Shown here: in pieces, positions 28,408-37,936 of the stretch
Layout: each line of letters starts with the position of its first letter
Position numbering within the stretch: position 1 is the stretch's first letter
IMG/VR virus record: IMGVR_UViG_2786546892_000017
DNA: 64,000 bases
Reading direction: 5' to 3' (one strand)
Origin: a virus
Taxonomy: Duplodnaviria > Caudoviricetes
The notes under the pieces: model-generated
What the model saw: only the letters and a program-made list of their open reading frames with translations
What the model was told of the DNA's origin: nothing
Databases searched by the model: none
Position numbers and translations under genes: made by a program

Positions 28408-28436
28408 AGTCGCACTCCGAACAGGTAAAGGGTCTC

Positions 28437-28883
28437 TCACTTTTTCGCCACCAACCGCGGCTTCCGCCGCTCCAACTCGTTCGGCACGTCGCTCGCGTAT
28501 AGCGGCATGATCTGCCACAGTGGGATCTCGTCGGGGGTCAGCATCCCCGCCGCCCGCAACTCATCCTCAAGAACCCGCCGCCGGTCGCACGCATCCCAGA
28601 ACCGCGTCGCATGTTCCGGGAGCCGTTCCCGCCCGCACATCGCCATCCATGCCGACAACCGCACCCCGCCGTCTACGAGCCACGGGCACCGACCTGCCGC
28701 GATCCGCCCCGCCCGGTAGGCCCGCTCCGGGTCGTCGCTCACGTCCAACGCCGCGGCCAGGGTGCCCAGCGGGGAGGAGCGGAGGCGGGCGTCGGCCCGG
28801 TCCCTGACGGTCCAGTTGGGGGACGCGAGGGCGGAGAGGCTGGGGCCGTAGAGGATGGCGAGGAGGAGGCGGGCGAGGATCAC
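28437..28883 (-). CDS. Exported HEAT-like protein
   Basis: Hydrophobic N-terminus; LASPNWTVRDRA..DDPE. Confidence 0.55.
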   Translation of the reverse strand: MILARLLLAILYGPSLSALASPNWTVRDRADARLRSSPLGTLAAALDVSDDPERAYRAGRIAAGRCPWLVDGGVRLSAWMAMCGRERLPEHATRFWDACDRRRVLEDELRAAGMLTPDEIPLWQIMPLYASDVPNELERRKPRLVAKK

Positions 28884-29275
28884 GCAACATCCCCCATGGC
28901 GTGAGACGGCCGGGTGGTTGCCCCGTACGCCGACGGTTGCCCCTCGCTCTTAACTTCGTAAAAGGCGAACGGCAGCCTGCCGGTGTGCTTAACGCTCTTG
29001 TCGGCGGTGCCCAGAATTATGGCCGAGCAGTCCCAAAAAGTCGGCCCGTGGTGCGGACTCGTTGGGTCGTCATGGGCTGGGTCGTAGGCCAATCCCGCAC
29101 CGCACGAGCAACGGCTGTGCGCCGCGTAGACGAGGCGATCCGCGAGGGGCTTCGCCTTCGTCTCGGCTTCCCGAATCGCAGTCGCCTTCTTCCGCAGTTC
29201 GGCAGCCTCAGCTTCCAACCCCTCGGCTGAAGCGATAAGAAATTCGTACCCTTGTTGCGGGCCAAGTTTTCCCAT
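28880..29275 (-). CDS. Cys-containing phage protein
   Basis: RCSCGAGLAY..WDCS; AGGAG RBS. Confidence 0.65.
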   Translation of the reverse strand: MGKLGPQQGYEFLIASAEGLEAEAAELRKKATAIREAETKAKPLADRLVYAAHSRCSCGAGLAYDPAHDDPTSPHHGPTFWDCSAIILGTADKSVKHTGRLPFAFYEVKSEGQPSAYGATTRPSHAMGDVA

Positions 29276-29277
29276 GT

Positions 29278-29478
29278 CTATCGCTCCTGTTGGACGGCCC
29301 TGTAGAGGTTCGGCAGAGCCCTCCGGTAACCGACACACTCGTCGCAGTCTCTCGTAAACGTGTCGGCGTCGAAAGTTCCCGGCTCACCGCAAGACGGGCA
29401 GATGTCGTCACGGCCCGATTTGGACACCCAAATCCTGTTGCCGAAACAGTCGTCGATTTGCTCGATGTCGCTGCTCAT
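29278..29478 (-). CDS. Small zinc-finger protein
   Basis: CPSC..CDEC. Confidence 0.55.
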   Translation of the reverse strand: MSSDIEQIDDCFGNRIWVSKSGRDDICPSCGEPGTFDADTFTRDCDECVGYRRALPNLYRAVQQER

Positions 29479-29732
29479 TTGTACCCCTTCGCCTTACGCC
29501 GTTTGGCCACCCGCTTCTCGAACGCCCGGCGATCCGACGCGTTGTGCGGCCGTCGCCTCAGTTCGAGCCGATCCCGAGCGTCCTGTTCGGCTTGCGTCTT
29601 GAGCGTCTGAAACTCCTCGAACCACCGCGGCCGGCAAACGAGATGCAGCGAACGTATCCCGGCCTCGCTGTGAGGTGGGACACAGTCGGCACGGCCGCAC
29701 AACGGGCAATACGTGACGGTCGTGCCTACCAT
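29475..29732 (-). CDS. Small basic protein
   Basis: CPLC; ATGA coupling to next gene. Confidence 0.5.
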   Translation of the reverse strand: MVGTTVTYCPLCGRADCVPPHSEAGIRSLHLVCRPRWFEEFQTLKTQAEQDARDRLELRRRPHNASDRRAFEKRVAKRRKAKGYK

Positions 29733-29817
29733 CGTCGCCACCTCCGCCAGACCCACCGCGCCCCGCACATCGCGAGGACGGTCAGAGCCCACACCGACGT
29801 CAGGGTGAGGAACAGGG

Positions 29818-30090
29818 TCACCCGAAGCACACCGCGAGGTACGCGAGACAGCCGAGTACGATCGCCCAGACAAATGCCGGCCAGAAGTCTCGCCAAGGGA
29901 ACGGCTCGGGGGCCGTGTCTCGCTGCGATTGCCGGGCCGATATCGCCATGAACCAGGCATCTAGCCTCTGCTGGCAGGCGGCGCACGTTCTGTCGAAATG
30001 GATGCCGCTAGCGTGGTGATCCCGGTGGCAACCACAGGGGTAATCCTCCGAGCGAACGACCGCCCCCGGTGAAATTAGGACTGCCATCAC
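29818..30090 (-). CDS. Small membrane protein with Cys/His motif
   Basis: C-terminal hydrophobic segment. Confidence 0.5.
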   Translation of the reverse strand: MMAVLISPGAVVRSEDYPCGCHRDHHASGIHFDRTCAACQQRLDAWFMAISARQSQRDTAPEPFPWRDFWPAFVWAIVLGCLAYLAVCFG

Positions 30091-30155
30091 TTCCCTCCGA
30101 GTCGTGCCCGCAACTCCGCGATTTGCTCGCCCTGCGAGACCGTGGCCGCCGTTTC

Positions 30156-30602
30156 TTAGGGTCGCGGAATCATCACAGACCCCGCCCGCAACTCGCGGAC
30201 GAGCGAGTCGATCGCGGCCCGCGTGTTGCCCATCTCGTGGACGATCTGGTCGTCCTTCACCTGGAGTGCCCGGGTGGCATCTGTCAGGGCTCGAATCTCC
30301 TCGCGGATGAGTTGCCGGTCCTCACGCGCGGCCGTCGACGCATCCCGCTGGTTCATGAAGAACAAGCCGATGATCACCATCATCGCCGTGGCGTTCCCGA
30401 TGGTCGCCATGAGTCCCTTCATGCCCATCCCGCCGAGTTCGCCGGCTACGCTTTTGGCCACGGCAACGCCCGTAGCGGTCCCCGTGGCAATCGCGGCCGT
30501 CATCGCGGTCCCCGGCTTAACTTGGTCGAGGGGTGGCCCGGTACGCCGGTCGGGGCCGCTGTACGGCTCGTGGGCGGCGGCGGTATCTGTGGCGGCACTC
30601 AT
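30156..30602 (-). CDS. Membrane plus coiled-coil protein (holin/spanin-like candidate)
   Basis: One TM followed by heptad-rich tail; GGAG RBS. Confidence 0.55.
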   Translation of the reverse strand: MSAATDTAAAHEPYSGPDRRTGPPLDQVKPGTAMTAAIATGTATGVAVAKSVAGELGGMGMKGLMATIGNATAMMVIIGLFFMNQRDASTAAREDRQLIREEIRALTDATRALQVKDDQIVHEMGNTRAAIDSLVRELRAGSVMIPRP

Positions 30603-30642
30603 TGGTGGGGCTCCGTCGTGTCGGGGCGAACTGGGCGGGTGC

Positions 30643-31191
30643 TTACTCCGAAACGAAGTCGGCTTTGACCGCCGCCCCGTCCTTGTCGGCCCGCGGGTAC
30701 AGCGTGACTTCCAGAGACCGGACCGCTTGTGCCCCGGCAACTTCCGCCCGGGTGGCGGGCTTGCCGTTGAGCGTGATCTTCGACTCCGGATCTTTGAAAA
30801 CGACGGGGAACGTCACCCCCTGATCCTGGTAGCTGAGGGTGAGCAGCAGGGTCGATTGAAATGCGAAGTCGTTGACCACGACCATGCTAACAACCGTACC
30901 GTGCTCCTTGGGGCGAGGCATGGCCTTCGGGGCCGGCGAGGGCTGCACTGCATCGTGGATGAACTCCCACCGCCGCAATTCCTGGTGGAATCGGTAATGG
31001 CCCGTCACGCCCTTCGGGGGCACCGGCAGGGTCGACACGGCGGGGGCGGCCGGGTACGCGACCTGATGGAAGGCCGGGGCGGCTGAGGGTGCGAATTGCG
31101 GGGCCGGACACCCGAGCGGGCCACATTGGGCCGAGGCGAGTCCGGCCGACGTCAGGGCGAGAATCGACGTGAGTAAAAGCTTCTTCCGCAT
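30643..31191 (-). CDS. Secreted protein with signal peptide
   Basis: MRKKLLLTSILALTSAGLASA; GGAGG RBS. Confidence 0.75.
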   Translation of the reverse strand: MRKKLLLTSILALTSAGLASAQCGPLGCPAPQFAPSAAPAFHQVAYPAAPAVSTLPVPPKGVTGHYRFHQELRRWEFIHDAVQPSPAPKAMPRPKEHGTVVSMVVVNDFAFQSTLLLTLSYQDQGVTFPVVFKDPESKITLNGKPATRAEVAGAQAVRSLEVTLYPRADKDGAAVKADFVSE

Positions 31192-31235
31192 CTCTGCCTC
31201 CCGTTAGGGTGTCTCATCGTGGGCGACACCACCGC

Positions 31236-31261
31236 ACTCTACCGCGGCCCGTTGCCTGAGT
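31236..31261 (-). promoter_or_regulatory. Motif-1 promoter ACTCAGGCAACG-N8-TAGAGT
   Basis: Repeat family member. Confidence 0.75.
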
Positions 31262-31305
31262 GAGTGCTTCTCCCCCGGCAGATCGCACCGGAAGGGGCTA
31301 ACGGA

Positions 31306-31330
31306 GAAGGTGCGATGCGGCGGGGAACTA
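31306..31330 (-). promoter_or_regulatory. Motif-2 promoter TAGTTCCC-N10-CACCTTC
   Basis: Repeat family member. Confidence 0.7.
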
Positions 31331-31546
31331 GCCTTCGAGATTCGCTTGCACGAAGCACGGGGCACAGATCGGCCGACCGTGGGTAAACGTCCACAGGAGT
31401 CCCACGACATCCTCACAGCCATGAAGCCGCCGTTCGGAGTCGCGTGAGACGAGATCGCCGCAGACGTGACAATTGCAGACGAGCAGGGCATCGGGGAGGA
31501 GGTCGAGCATGTCACCGTCGGTCAGGTCGGGCGGGTCGGAAGTCAT
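31328..31546 (-). CDS. Small zinc-finger protein
   Basis: CHVC..CAPC. Confidence 0.55.
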   Translation of the reverse strand: MTSDPPDLTDGDMLDLLPDALLVCNCHVCGDLVSRDSERRLHGCEDVVGLLWTFTHGRPICAPCFVQANLEG

Positions 31547-31788
31547 TGCTGCCCCAGCGGGAAGGGTTCGGTGCCGTCGTCCACAGGCGCGTCAGTCCGG
31601 AGCGTCTTGTAGATCCATCCATACCCGTTGAGATGTTCGAGGCTGAAATCCGAGAGAAGTGGGTCGTCAGTCTCGCCCTGGATCGCGATCGCCATCACCG
31701 CCGGGTCGCCACGCCACGCTTCCCAGAACCTGACGTACCGCCAGGACGCAATGCTCAGAACCATGCGGTGGAACGCGGCGAGAGTCAC
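31543..31788 (-). CDS. Hypothetical phage protein
   Basis: Overlapping stop/start coupling. Confidence 0.55.
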   Translation of the reverse strand: MTLAAFHRMVLSIASWRYVRFWEAWRGDPAVMAIAIQGETDDPLLSDFSLEHLNGYGWIYKTLRTDAPVDDGTEPFPLGQQ

Positions 31789-31900
31789 GGGTGGGCACCC
31801 CGGAGGAGGAACAGGACGTACAGACTGAGGCCCATGATGGCGGCCAGAGCGCCGCCGGAAGCGACGACACCAAGCCAGAAGGCGAAGCGGGCACCGGCCA

Positions 31901-32122
31901 TCAGGGGCACACGTGTTGAGGAATAAAAAAGTGCCCCGCCAAAGCGCCCATCGCGAACACGAACGTAATGAGCAGCCACAGTTTGCGACTACTCCAAGCC
32001 ATGATCTGGTAGGAAATCGTTGCGTTGTTCCCCCAGATCCGGTACGCGAGGTAGTCGTACAGGAGGATCGCGGGGGCCGCGAGGACGATCAGGATTAGGG
32101 TCAGAGTTTCGCCGGTGTTCAT
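31901..32122 (-). CDS. Two-TM small protein, holin candidate
   Basis: Two hydrophobic helices; GAGG RBS; follows tail genes. Confidence 0.6.
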   Translation of the reverse strand: MNTGETLTLILIVLAAPAILLYDYLAYRIWGNNATISYQIMAWSSRKLWLLITFVFAMGALAGHFFIPQHVCP

Positions 32123-32132
32123 GTGATACCTC

Positions 32133-32660
32133 TCATGTCGTCAGGGGATCGCCTGCCCCGGCCGCCAACAGCCCGAGCGTGGTGGTGACGATCGTGGCCT
32201 GGTCGAGCCTTGCTCCGCACTGAGCGGCCACGGTCGCGGGGTCGGTCGCACCGGCGATGCCGCCCGGTCCGCGGTTCGCTGCAATTTGGGCGGTGATCGC
32301 AGCGGCAGTGGGCATGGCCACGTTGGCCGCCGCCGCGATCAATTGGAGGGTCGCCCAGAGCCCTTCGGCCACGTCGTTCACCCGGTAGTGGAGGGCCGCG
32401 TCCCCGGCCCTGGCCCCCGTTGCGGTCGGTGAGACGCCGCCGAGCATGTCCGCCTGGGCCGACTGCGTTAGCCACGTCGTCGTTGCCGCGGTCAAGTCGC
32501 CGACCGTGTCCGGCAGCGGTCCGCCGATCTGGGGCGGCGGCCCCGACCAATAAAATACCTGATACCCGGGGTACAAAGCCGGGTTAACGGTGGTGTCATC
32601 GTGAGTCGCAAATATGCTCCCCGTAACGCCGTCCGCGTTGATGGACGCGACAATTTGCAT
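32133..32660 (-). CDS. Putative tail fibre-associated protein
   Basis: Coupled to the fibre gene. Confidence 0.55.
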   Translation of the reverse strand: MQIVASINADGVTGSIFATHDDTTVNPALYPGYQVFYWSGPPPQIGGPLPDTVGDLTAATTTWLTQSAQADMLGGVSPTATGARAGDAALHYRVNDVAEGLWATLQLIAAAANVAMPTAAAITAQIAANRGPGGIAGATDPATVAAQCGARLDQATIVTTTLGLLAAGAGDPLTT

Positions 32661-34360
32661 CACAGTGCCCGGAAGTTCGTGAGTTTCGGGTAAGCCGTGT
32701 ACGACCCGCTGCCGAGGTAGTACCACCCGCACCCGGCCGACAGCAGCGTGTTCGCGTAGGTCGAGTCAGTGGCTGTTATGATCGTGGTCCCGTCGAGCTG
32801 GACCGTGATAGATGAACCCAACATGATCACGGTCAGAGTGTGTGTGGCGCTCGCGGCCCACGAGAAGGTGTAGGCGGTCCCGAGTACCGTCGCCGCGTTG
32901 GACACGAACTTTTGTAGGGTGACTTTCCCCGTGTTCGTGTCATAGGCCACCTGATACCCGTTCTGGTTGATCGTGCCGGTCCCGAGGCGAGTCCAGATCT
33001 CGCCGGCCCAACTGCCCGACGCCGGGGCCGTAAAGTCGCATGAAATCGTGTAATCGCCCTTCCCCAGGTTCATGTAGCAGATCGTGTTGCCGCTACTCGC
33101 CCCGGCTTGAATCAGAGCGTTACCACTAATCTGTCCAGTCCCGCCGACGATTGACCACGCCGGCCCCCACGTAGGGGTGTGAGCGGTGATATTCGTACTC
33201 GTGGTGTCGATAAAAGCGTCATACGCCGTCATCCCGTTGAACCCGGGACCAGACACTAAAGCGCCATAGTTACTAACGATACCGAGCGGCGGACTGAACA
33301 GTGCCGTGTTGCCGACATTGACGGCGGTCAATGGGTAGGTACACGCTGCTACGGTGACTTTGGCTCCCTGTTGCGACAATACGACCTGAGAATTCCCGTA
33401 GAACTGGACCGCTTGAAGTAACGCTTCCCCGCCATACGCCGCACTGACCGCGGCCGAGGTGCAGTAGGTAATGAGGCCGCCGAAAAGCTGGACGTGGCCC
33501 ATGCCGGCCGTCAGGTCGATTCCAGCCCCGCAGGCGCTGATACTGAGTCCGGTATTTGATGAAAAAAAGAATCCGGGTCCATACGTCCGGACTCCGATCG
33601 TACACCCGGTGATAGAAATGGTCCCGGAGGTGTTGAGTTCGCCGTCCCCGATTTGGGCGCCGGTCGTGAGGTTTTCAATCGTGCATGCCGTTATTGTCGT
33701 TCGGGACCGTCCCGTCTGGTTGATGCCGGTCTGACCATTGATCGTCGTGCCGTTAATTGTGAGATTGGAAACCGTCAATCTCACGTTGTCGGCCGCCACG
33801 GTGATGCAAGTGGCCGACGCCGCAACAGTCAATATTGTACTGCTGCCATTAATAATCAGACTGCCGCTTTGCGGTCCATTGATCGTGACCGCCGTGTTGG
33901 CGAAAGTCTGACTCGCCAGAGCCAGCGTCACGCTATTCGTCGGCGCGACTTCGCAATCTCGACAGAATAGTAACGCGTTGGCGATCGTCGTGAACCGGGA
34001 CGACGTGCCGACCGCCAGGGATACGTTGGCCGCGACGAACCACAGTTTCCAGTACGTGTAGGCGTCGGTCGTCGGGTCGTTACCCGTGGTCGAGGCGATG
34101 CACTGGTAGTAGTTCCCGTCACTCCCGATGACGACGGCTCCGGCCCCGTAGGTCGTCGTTGACAAGTAAGTTGCTAGACCGTCTTGCAACAGTGCGAACG
34201 TCCCGGCCTTGTCCGGGAGCGTAAATGTGCGAGCAGCCGTCAACCCTGTGGGGTCCACCACAGCGAGCCCGAGTTCCAAAGCATCGGTGCCCGACTGGAA
34301 CTCGTCCGACGCGAGAGTCGACGAGTCTCGGTAGAGCGGGCTGCGAGGGGTGCCGGCCAC
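32660..34360 (-). CDS. Tail fibre/spike with beta-helix and C-terminal lectin-like beta-sandwich
   Basis: TFTLPDKAGT fibre motif, CBM-like Y..G..V..YQC..W, repeated I/T/G-rich beta strands. Confidence 0.75.
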   Translation of the reverse strand: MAGTPRSPLYRDSSTLASDEFQSGTDALELGLAVVDPTGLTAARTFTLPDKAGTFALLQDGLATYLSTTTYGAGAVVIGSDGNYYQCIASTTGNDPTTDAYTYWKLWFVAANVSLAVGTSSRFTTIANALLFCRDCEVAPTNSVTLALASQTFANTAVTINGPQSGSLIINGSSTILTVAASATCITVAADNVRLTVSNLTINGTTINGQTGINQTGRSRTTITACTIENLTTGAQIGDGELNTSGTISITGCTIGVRTYGPGFFFSSNTGLSISACGAGIDLTAGMGHVQLFGGLITYCTSAAVSAAYGGEALLQAVQFYGNSQVVLSQQGAKVTVAACTYPLTAVNVGNTALFSPPLGIVSNYGALVSGPGFNGMTAYDAFIDTTSTNITAHTPTWGPAWSIVGGTGQISGNALIQAGASSGNTICYMNLGKGDYTISCDFTAPASGSWAGEIWTRLGTGTINQNGYQVAYDTNTGKVTLQKFVSNAATVLGTAYTFSWAASATHTLTVIMLGSSITVQLDGTTIITATDSTYANTLLSAGCGWYYLGSGSYTAYPKLTNFRAL

Positions 34361-34364
34361 TTAA

Positions 34365-34991
34365 TCACCCCGCCGTCTTGATCGGCGTTTGTGGCTGGAA
34401 CTGGACCTGCGTTGCAGAGAGGGCCACGCCCAACACCTGGGCCGTCTGCCCCGCGGTGTACGTCGGGATCGTGGTGGTCCCCACCCCAGCCGTGGCATTC
34501 GAGAGGACAACCGTGCTCCCGGGCGTCATCCCGGACACGTTCGAGTTGATCCCGCTCATGTAGATCGTGTTGGCGGCCGGCGACGTCGACGCTGTAGTAA
34601 CGTAGCCGTGTGCCCATTTCCCGTTCGTCGTCCCGTCCGCTTTCTGGATTGTCGCGACCCCGGAATTGCTCCAGACATGAACCCACGCCCCGGCCGCCAG
34701 AGTGTCCGACGTGGGCAACGAAATCGTGTCCGGTCCGACGCCAGTCGGGAGGACGGTAACGTCGAGTTGGCCCCCGGAATTCAGTAACGGGATCTTTCCC
34801 GAACTCCCCGCGCCGGCACTGACAATCGTCGTGTTGAGCAGCGACGTGTCGACCTGGGCCGACGAATTTAGGGCGACGGGATTGCCAGCTACGGCCTGGG
34901 TGTCTGTCGACAATTGGGCCGGGCGAATGTCGTCCAAAATCCCGGTCGTCGGGTCTCGCCCGGCGAGCATGGTTGCCGTGGAGCTTGACAT
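34365..34991 (-). CDS. Virion structural protein
   Basis: T/S/G-rich; QKAD..AHG..LGVALSAT similar to neighbour. Confidence 0.7.
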   Translation of the reverse strand: MSSSTATMLAGRDPTTGILDDIRPAQLSTDTQAVAGNPVALNSSAQVDTSLLNTTIVSAGAGSSGKIPLLNSGGQLDVTVLPTGVGPDTISLPTSDTLAAGAWVHVWSNSGVATIQKADGTTNGKWAHGYVTTASTSPAANTIYMSGINSNVSGMTPGSTVVLSNATAGVGTTTIPTYTAGQTAQVLGVALSATQVQFQPQTPIKTAG

Positions 34992-34994
34992 TAT

Positions 34995-35555
34995 TTACAC
35001 CGCGAGGGTTATTGGGGGTTGTGGGTCTATGAACACCGTCTGGGCACCGATTGCGTATCCAACAACGAGCGAAAACACGGATGACGGAGCAGTCGGCGGG
35101 CTCTGGGTCAACGCCCCTGCCACACCCAGAAAGACTGGACCTAGAGACCAATTCCAACTCGGCTCCGTGACAGGTCCGTAAGCCGTCACGTTCACGGTTT
35201 CTCCCATGGCCGCCGCACTCGCCGATAACCCGTATGCTTGCGAAAGACTCCCGGTCTGAGTCGCGTCGGCGTAGACCAAGCCGGTGGCAGTAAGCCGAAC
35301 AACTCGTTGCCCCCCGATATCGACGGCCGCAATCGCGGTGTACCCGTTCGATCCACCTTGCGGGCCGACGGGTCCCTGCTTCCCCTGCGGCCCCTGTCTC
35401 CCCGGAGCCAATACATACCTCGGGTCGCTGCGCACCACGACCGCCGGCCCGGCCACAACAATCGCATTCTGCGGGGCAGCCGACTCGATCGACTCTTGCG
35501 CCACGCCCGCGATCACTTGCGGCTGCTCCTCCGCAATCAGTTCGGGGCCGCTCAT
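34995..35555 (-). CDS. Virion structural protein with short collagen-like repeat
   Basis: GRQGPQGKQGPVGPQG; GPVFLGVAGALTQSPP. Confidence 0.7.
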   Translation of the reverse strand: MSGPELIAEEQPQVIAGVAQESIESAAPQNAIVVAGPAVVVRSDPRYVLAPGRQGPQGKQGPVGPQGGSNGYTAIAAVDIGGQRVVRLTATGLVYADATQTGSLSQAYGLSASAAAMGETVNVTAYGPVTEPSWNWSLGPVFLGVAGALTQSPPTAPSSVFSLVVGYAIGAQTVFIDPQPPITLAV

Positions 35556-35959
35556 GGGGGTGCGATCCTCCCCCGGAACGCCGTCATGGACCCATACGCC
35601 AACGGGGTCGCCGTCCCTAGCGGGTCAATCGTGTTGAGGGACGGGTTGTAGATGTTGAGTTGGTACGTCAGCACGACGCACGTCTGCCCAGCCGCCAAGA
35701 GCCCACCTGTCTGGATGCCCCACGTCGTGGCTTGCGCGACCGTCCAGTTAATCGCCCCCGTCGATCCGAGGGTCGCGATGGTCGGCGGGTCTGTTTCGGT
35801 CGACAGCGTGAATACGGTGCCACCGCCGCACGGGGCGATCGCCGTGAGGGTCGCCTTCCACCCCGTCAGGTCGATAGCATTGCCGTTCGGGTCGACGTAA
35901 ATAACGCCGTCCTCGTACGTCCCGCCGCAAACGAACGAAGTGTCATACTCGACGGCCAC
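35552..35959 (-). CDS. BppU-like baseplate/adaptor protein
   Basis: GNAIDLTGWKATL motif; GAGG RBS; motif-2 promoter upstream. Confidence 0.65.
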   Translation of the reverse strand: MAVEYDTSFVCGGTYEDGVIYVDPNGNAIDLTGWKATLTAIAPCGGGTVFTLSTETDPPTIATLGSTGAINWTVAQATTWGIQTGGLLAAGQTCVVLTYQLNIYNPSLNTIDPLGTATPLAYGSMTAFRGRIAPP

Positions 35960-35983
35960 GGGCAACACCTCAGTTTGTGCCGG

Positions 35984-36008
35984 GAACGTGCCGCCCGTTC
36001 GGGAACTA
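35984..36008 (-). promoter_or_regulatory. Motif-2 promoter
   Basis: TAGTTCCC-N10-CACGTTC. Confidence 0.75.
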
Positions 36009-36710
36009 CGCCGCCACCAACCGCCCCTCCTCCTCCACGTCAGCCGTCGAAGACGCGGCGCGACGATACACCAGCGGGGCGATCGGCTCGAATAGCCCCA
36101 GCCGGCGCCACACCGCGTAATGAGCCAATGCCGCTTCCTTGGAAATGAAGAGGCTGCACGGCACCGGCTGGACCGCGCGGGAATACCGCCCGTGCTCCCC
36201 CCGCGGGTGGTCCAACGGCTGATACCCCCGAGAGACGGGCGGCAGTACGACTTGCGGCACCCCCCAGACATGAGCCACCAGCCGGAAGCCCCGCTTCGCC
36301 AGAACCTTCCGGCCCCGCTCATTGCAAACCACAACATCCGGGTTACCCCGCACCCGTTGAATCTCGTAGGTGCAGATCTCCCGGCCCCGATACACGGCCA
36401 CCCAGTTCGGCCCGTAGTGATACCGGCACCAAAGGACGAGGGCATTGACGGCCGCGATAACGCTGGGGTAAGTGCCGAACTTCTTCTTGGTGAAAGGGTC
36501 GGCCACGCGGAAGGTGGTGCCCTCCGGACGCCGGTAGATGTGGTGGTATCCGATGTCCGCAATGGGATCTGAGTTGCGGAACTCGTCCCGCTCGGCCTGC
36601 GTGATGCGTGCGTTGCCTGAGTGAGCCAATGAATACGACGACACGTCCGCACCCCCGTGATAGAATTCACGTGAGGCGGTTGCGTTGGGCCGGGGGAACT
36701 TGTCCGGCAA
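36006..36710 (-). CDS. Basic hypothetical protein, possible nucleic-acid-binding regulator
   Basis: R/K/Y-rich ORF downstream of the sigma gene; weak AP2-like N-terminal pattern. Confidence 0.6.
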   Translation of the reverse strand: MPDKFPRPNATASREFYHGGADVSSYSLAHSGNARITQAERDEFRNSDPIADIGYHHIYRRPEGTTFRVADPFTKKKFGTYPSVIAAVNALVLWCRYHYGPNWVAVYRGREICTYEIQRVRGNPDVVVCNERGRKVLAKRGFRLVAHVWGVPQVVLPPVSRGYQPLDHPRGEHGRYSRAVQPVPCSLFISKEAALAHYAVWRRLGLFEPIAPLVYRRAASSTADVEEEGRLVAA

Positions 36711-36764
36711 AGACTCTCCCCCGGCCTCTCTTCTTGTCCCGTGATTATGTTTGCGAGGTGGGAA

Positions 36765-37373
36765 CTACCGCTCCCCGTCGTCCGTCATGTGCTCCCTGAG
36801 CATCCCCACCGCCTCGCCCATCAACTGATCCACTCGCCCCTGCGTCAGTCCCATGATCGTCGCCGTCGTCTTCTTGCTGGCCGGGTCGCCACCGATGCCG
36901 GCCCGCAGTTTCACGACCGTTCGATGCGGCTCCGGGAGATATCGAACTGCCTCGCGCAACTGAACCATCTCCCCCGCCGCGTCCAGCTCCGCTTCGCCGC
37001 TCGCCCGCTGGTCGGCTAGCCCTTCCCACCCGTCGTCGTCGTCCTTCGTCTCGACAAACTGTTTGCCTGTTCGATCGTAGAACCTGACCAGTTCGACGAT
37101 GGCCCCGCGGATAAACTTTGCCGCGTAGGTGTCGACCGTCTCGCCCCACCCCGGCTGCCAAGTCGCCGCCGCCTCGCACACCGCCTGAAGCACCGCCGCA
37201 TTGACTTCGTCCCGCCGAAAGTGCCAGTGCGGGGCGTAGACCATTGCCGCGACCTTGGGTGCCAGCATCTTCAGAATGGCCAGCGGCTCGGGATAGCGGC
37301 GGTAGAAGTCCAAGACGAGCTGTTGCTGGTGCTCGCTGAGGGTCGGCGTGGGGCGTGGCGGGGGCGTGTCCAC
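36765..37373 (-). CDS. Sigma-70 family sigma factor (regions 2 and 4)
   Basis: TYAAKFIRGAI; LPEPHRTVVKLR..TIMGLTQGRVDQL..LR. Confidence 0.85.
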   Translation of the reverse strand: MDTPPPRPTPTLSEHQQQLVLDFYRRYPEPLAILKMLAPKVAAMVYAPHWHFRRDEVNAAVLQAVCEAAATWQPGWGETVDTYAAKFIRGAIVELVRFYDRTGKQFVETKDDDDGWEGLADQRASGEAELDAAGEMVQLREAVRYLPEPHRTVVKLRAGIGGDPASKKTTATIMGLTQGRVDQLMGEAVGMLREHMTDDGER

Positions 37374-37417
37374 CAGTGGGTGGGACTCCGGACGGGGATA
37401 GTTTCGCGTGTTGGTGG

Positions 37418-37443
37418 ATTCTAGCGTGGGGCGTTGCCTGAGT
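37418..37443 (-). promoter_or_regulatory. Motif-1 promoter upstream of sigma gene
   Basis: ACTCAGGCAACG-N8-TAGAAT. Confidence 0.75.
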
Positions 37444-37449
37444 GGCTAA

Positions 37450-37833
37450 TCAATCTTTCGTCCATCCTGCAATCTCGGCTTCGAGTCGCCTTGTTATCGC
37501 GTCCCGCTCACTCTCGGGCGTGACCATCTGGATTCGCAAAATCAGGTTCCGCGCGACCCGCTCCTCCAACGTCGCCCCGGGGTAGTAGTTGTAAACCGAG
37601 TCCGGCACGGCCGGCGGGACGGCGTTGAGTAACCGCATTTCGCGGACGCCTTCCGCCAACGTCAGGTGCCCGGCGCGAACATCCTCGATCACTTTCGTCC
37701 GCGCGGGATCTTTGGCCACGAGCGGCGACGGCGGATGAGTGGGCTCTGTGTCGACCCCGTTGCCGCCGGGAGGAGGGCAGGAGTTCACGACCGCTACCAG
37801 AACGACGGCCACCACGATCAGTACGCTGGCCAT
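37450..37833 (-). CDS. Membrane-anchored hypothetical protein
   Basis: N-terminal hydrophobic helix. Confidence 0.6.
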   Translation of the reverse strand: MASVLIVVAVVLVAVVNSCPPPGGNGVDTEPTHPPSPLVAKDPARTKVIEDVRAGHLTLAEGVREMRLLNAVPPAVPDSVYNYYPGATLEERVARNLILRIQMVTPESERDAITRRLEAEIAGWTKD

Positions 37834-37936
37834 CCTCACGCCGTTGGTAGTCACGTTCGGGCCTGCCGGGGCGAAACTACGGTGCAAACACACCCAGATA
37901 TTCGCCGCCGGTAGGTGGACATTTGGATCTGCCAGT

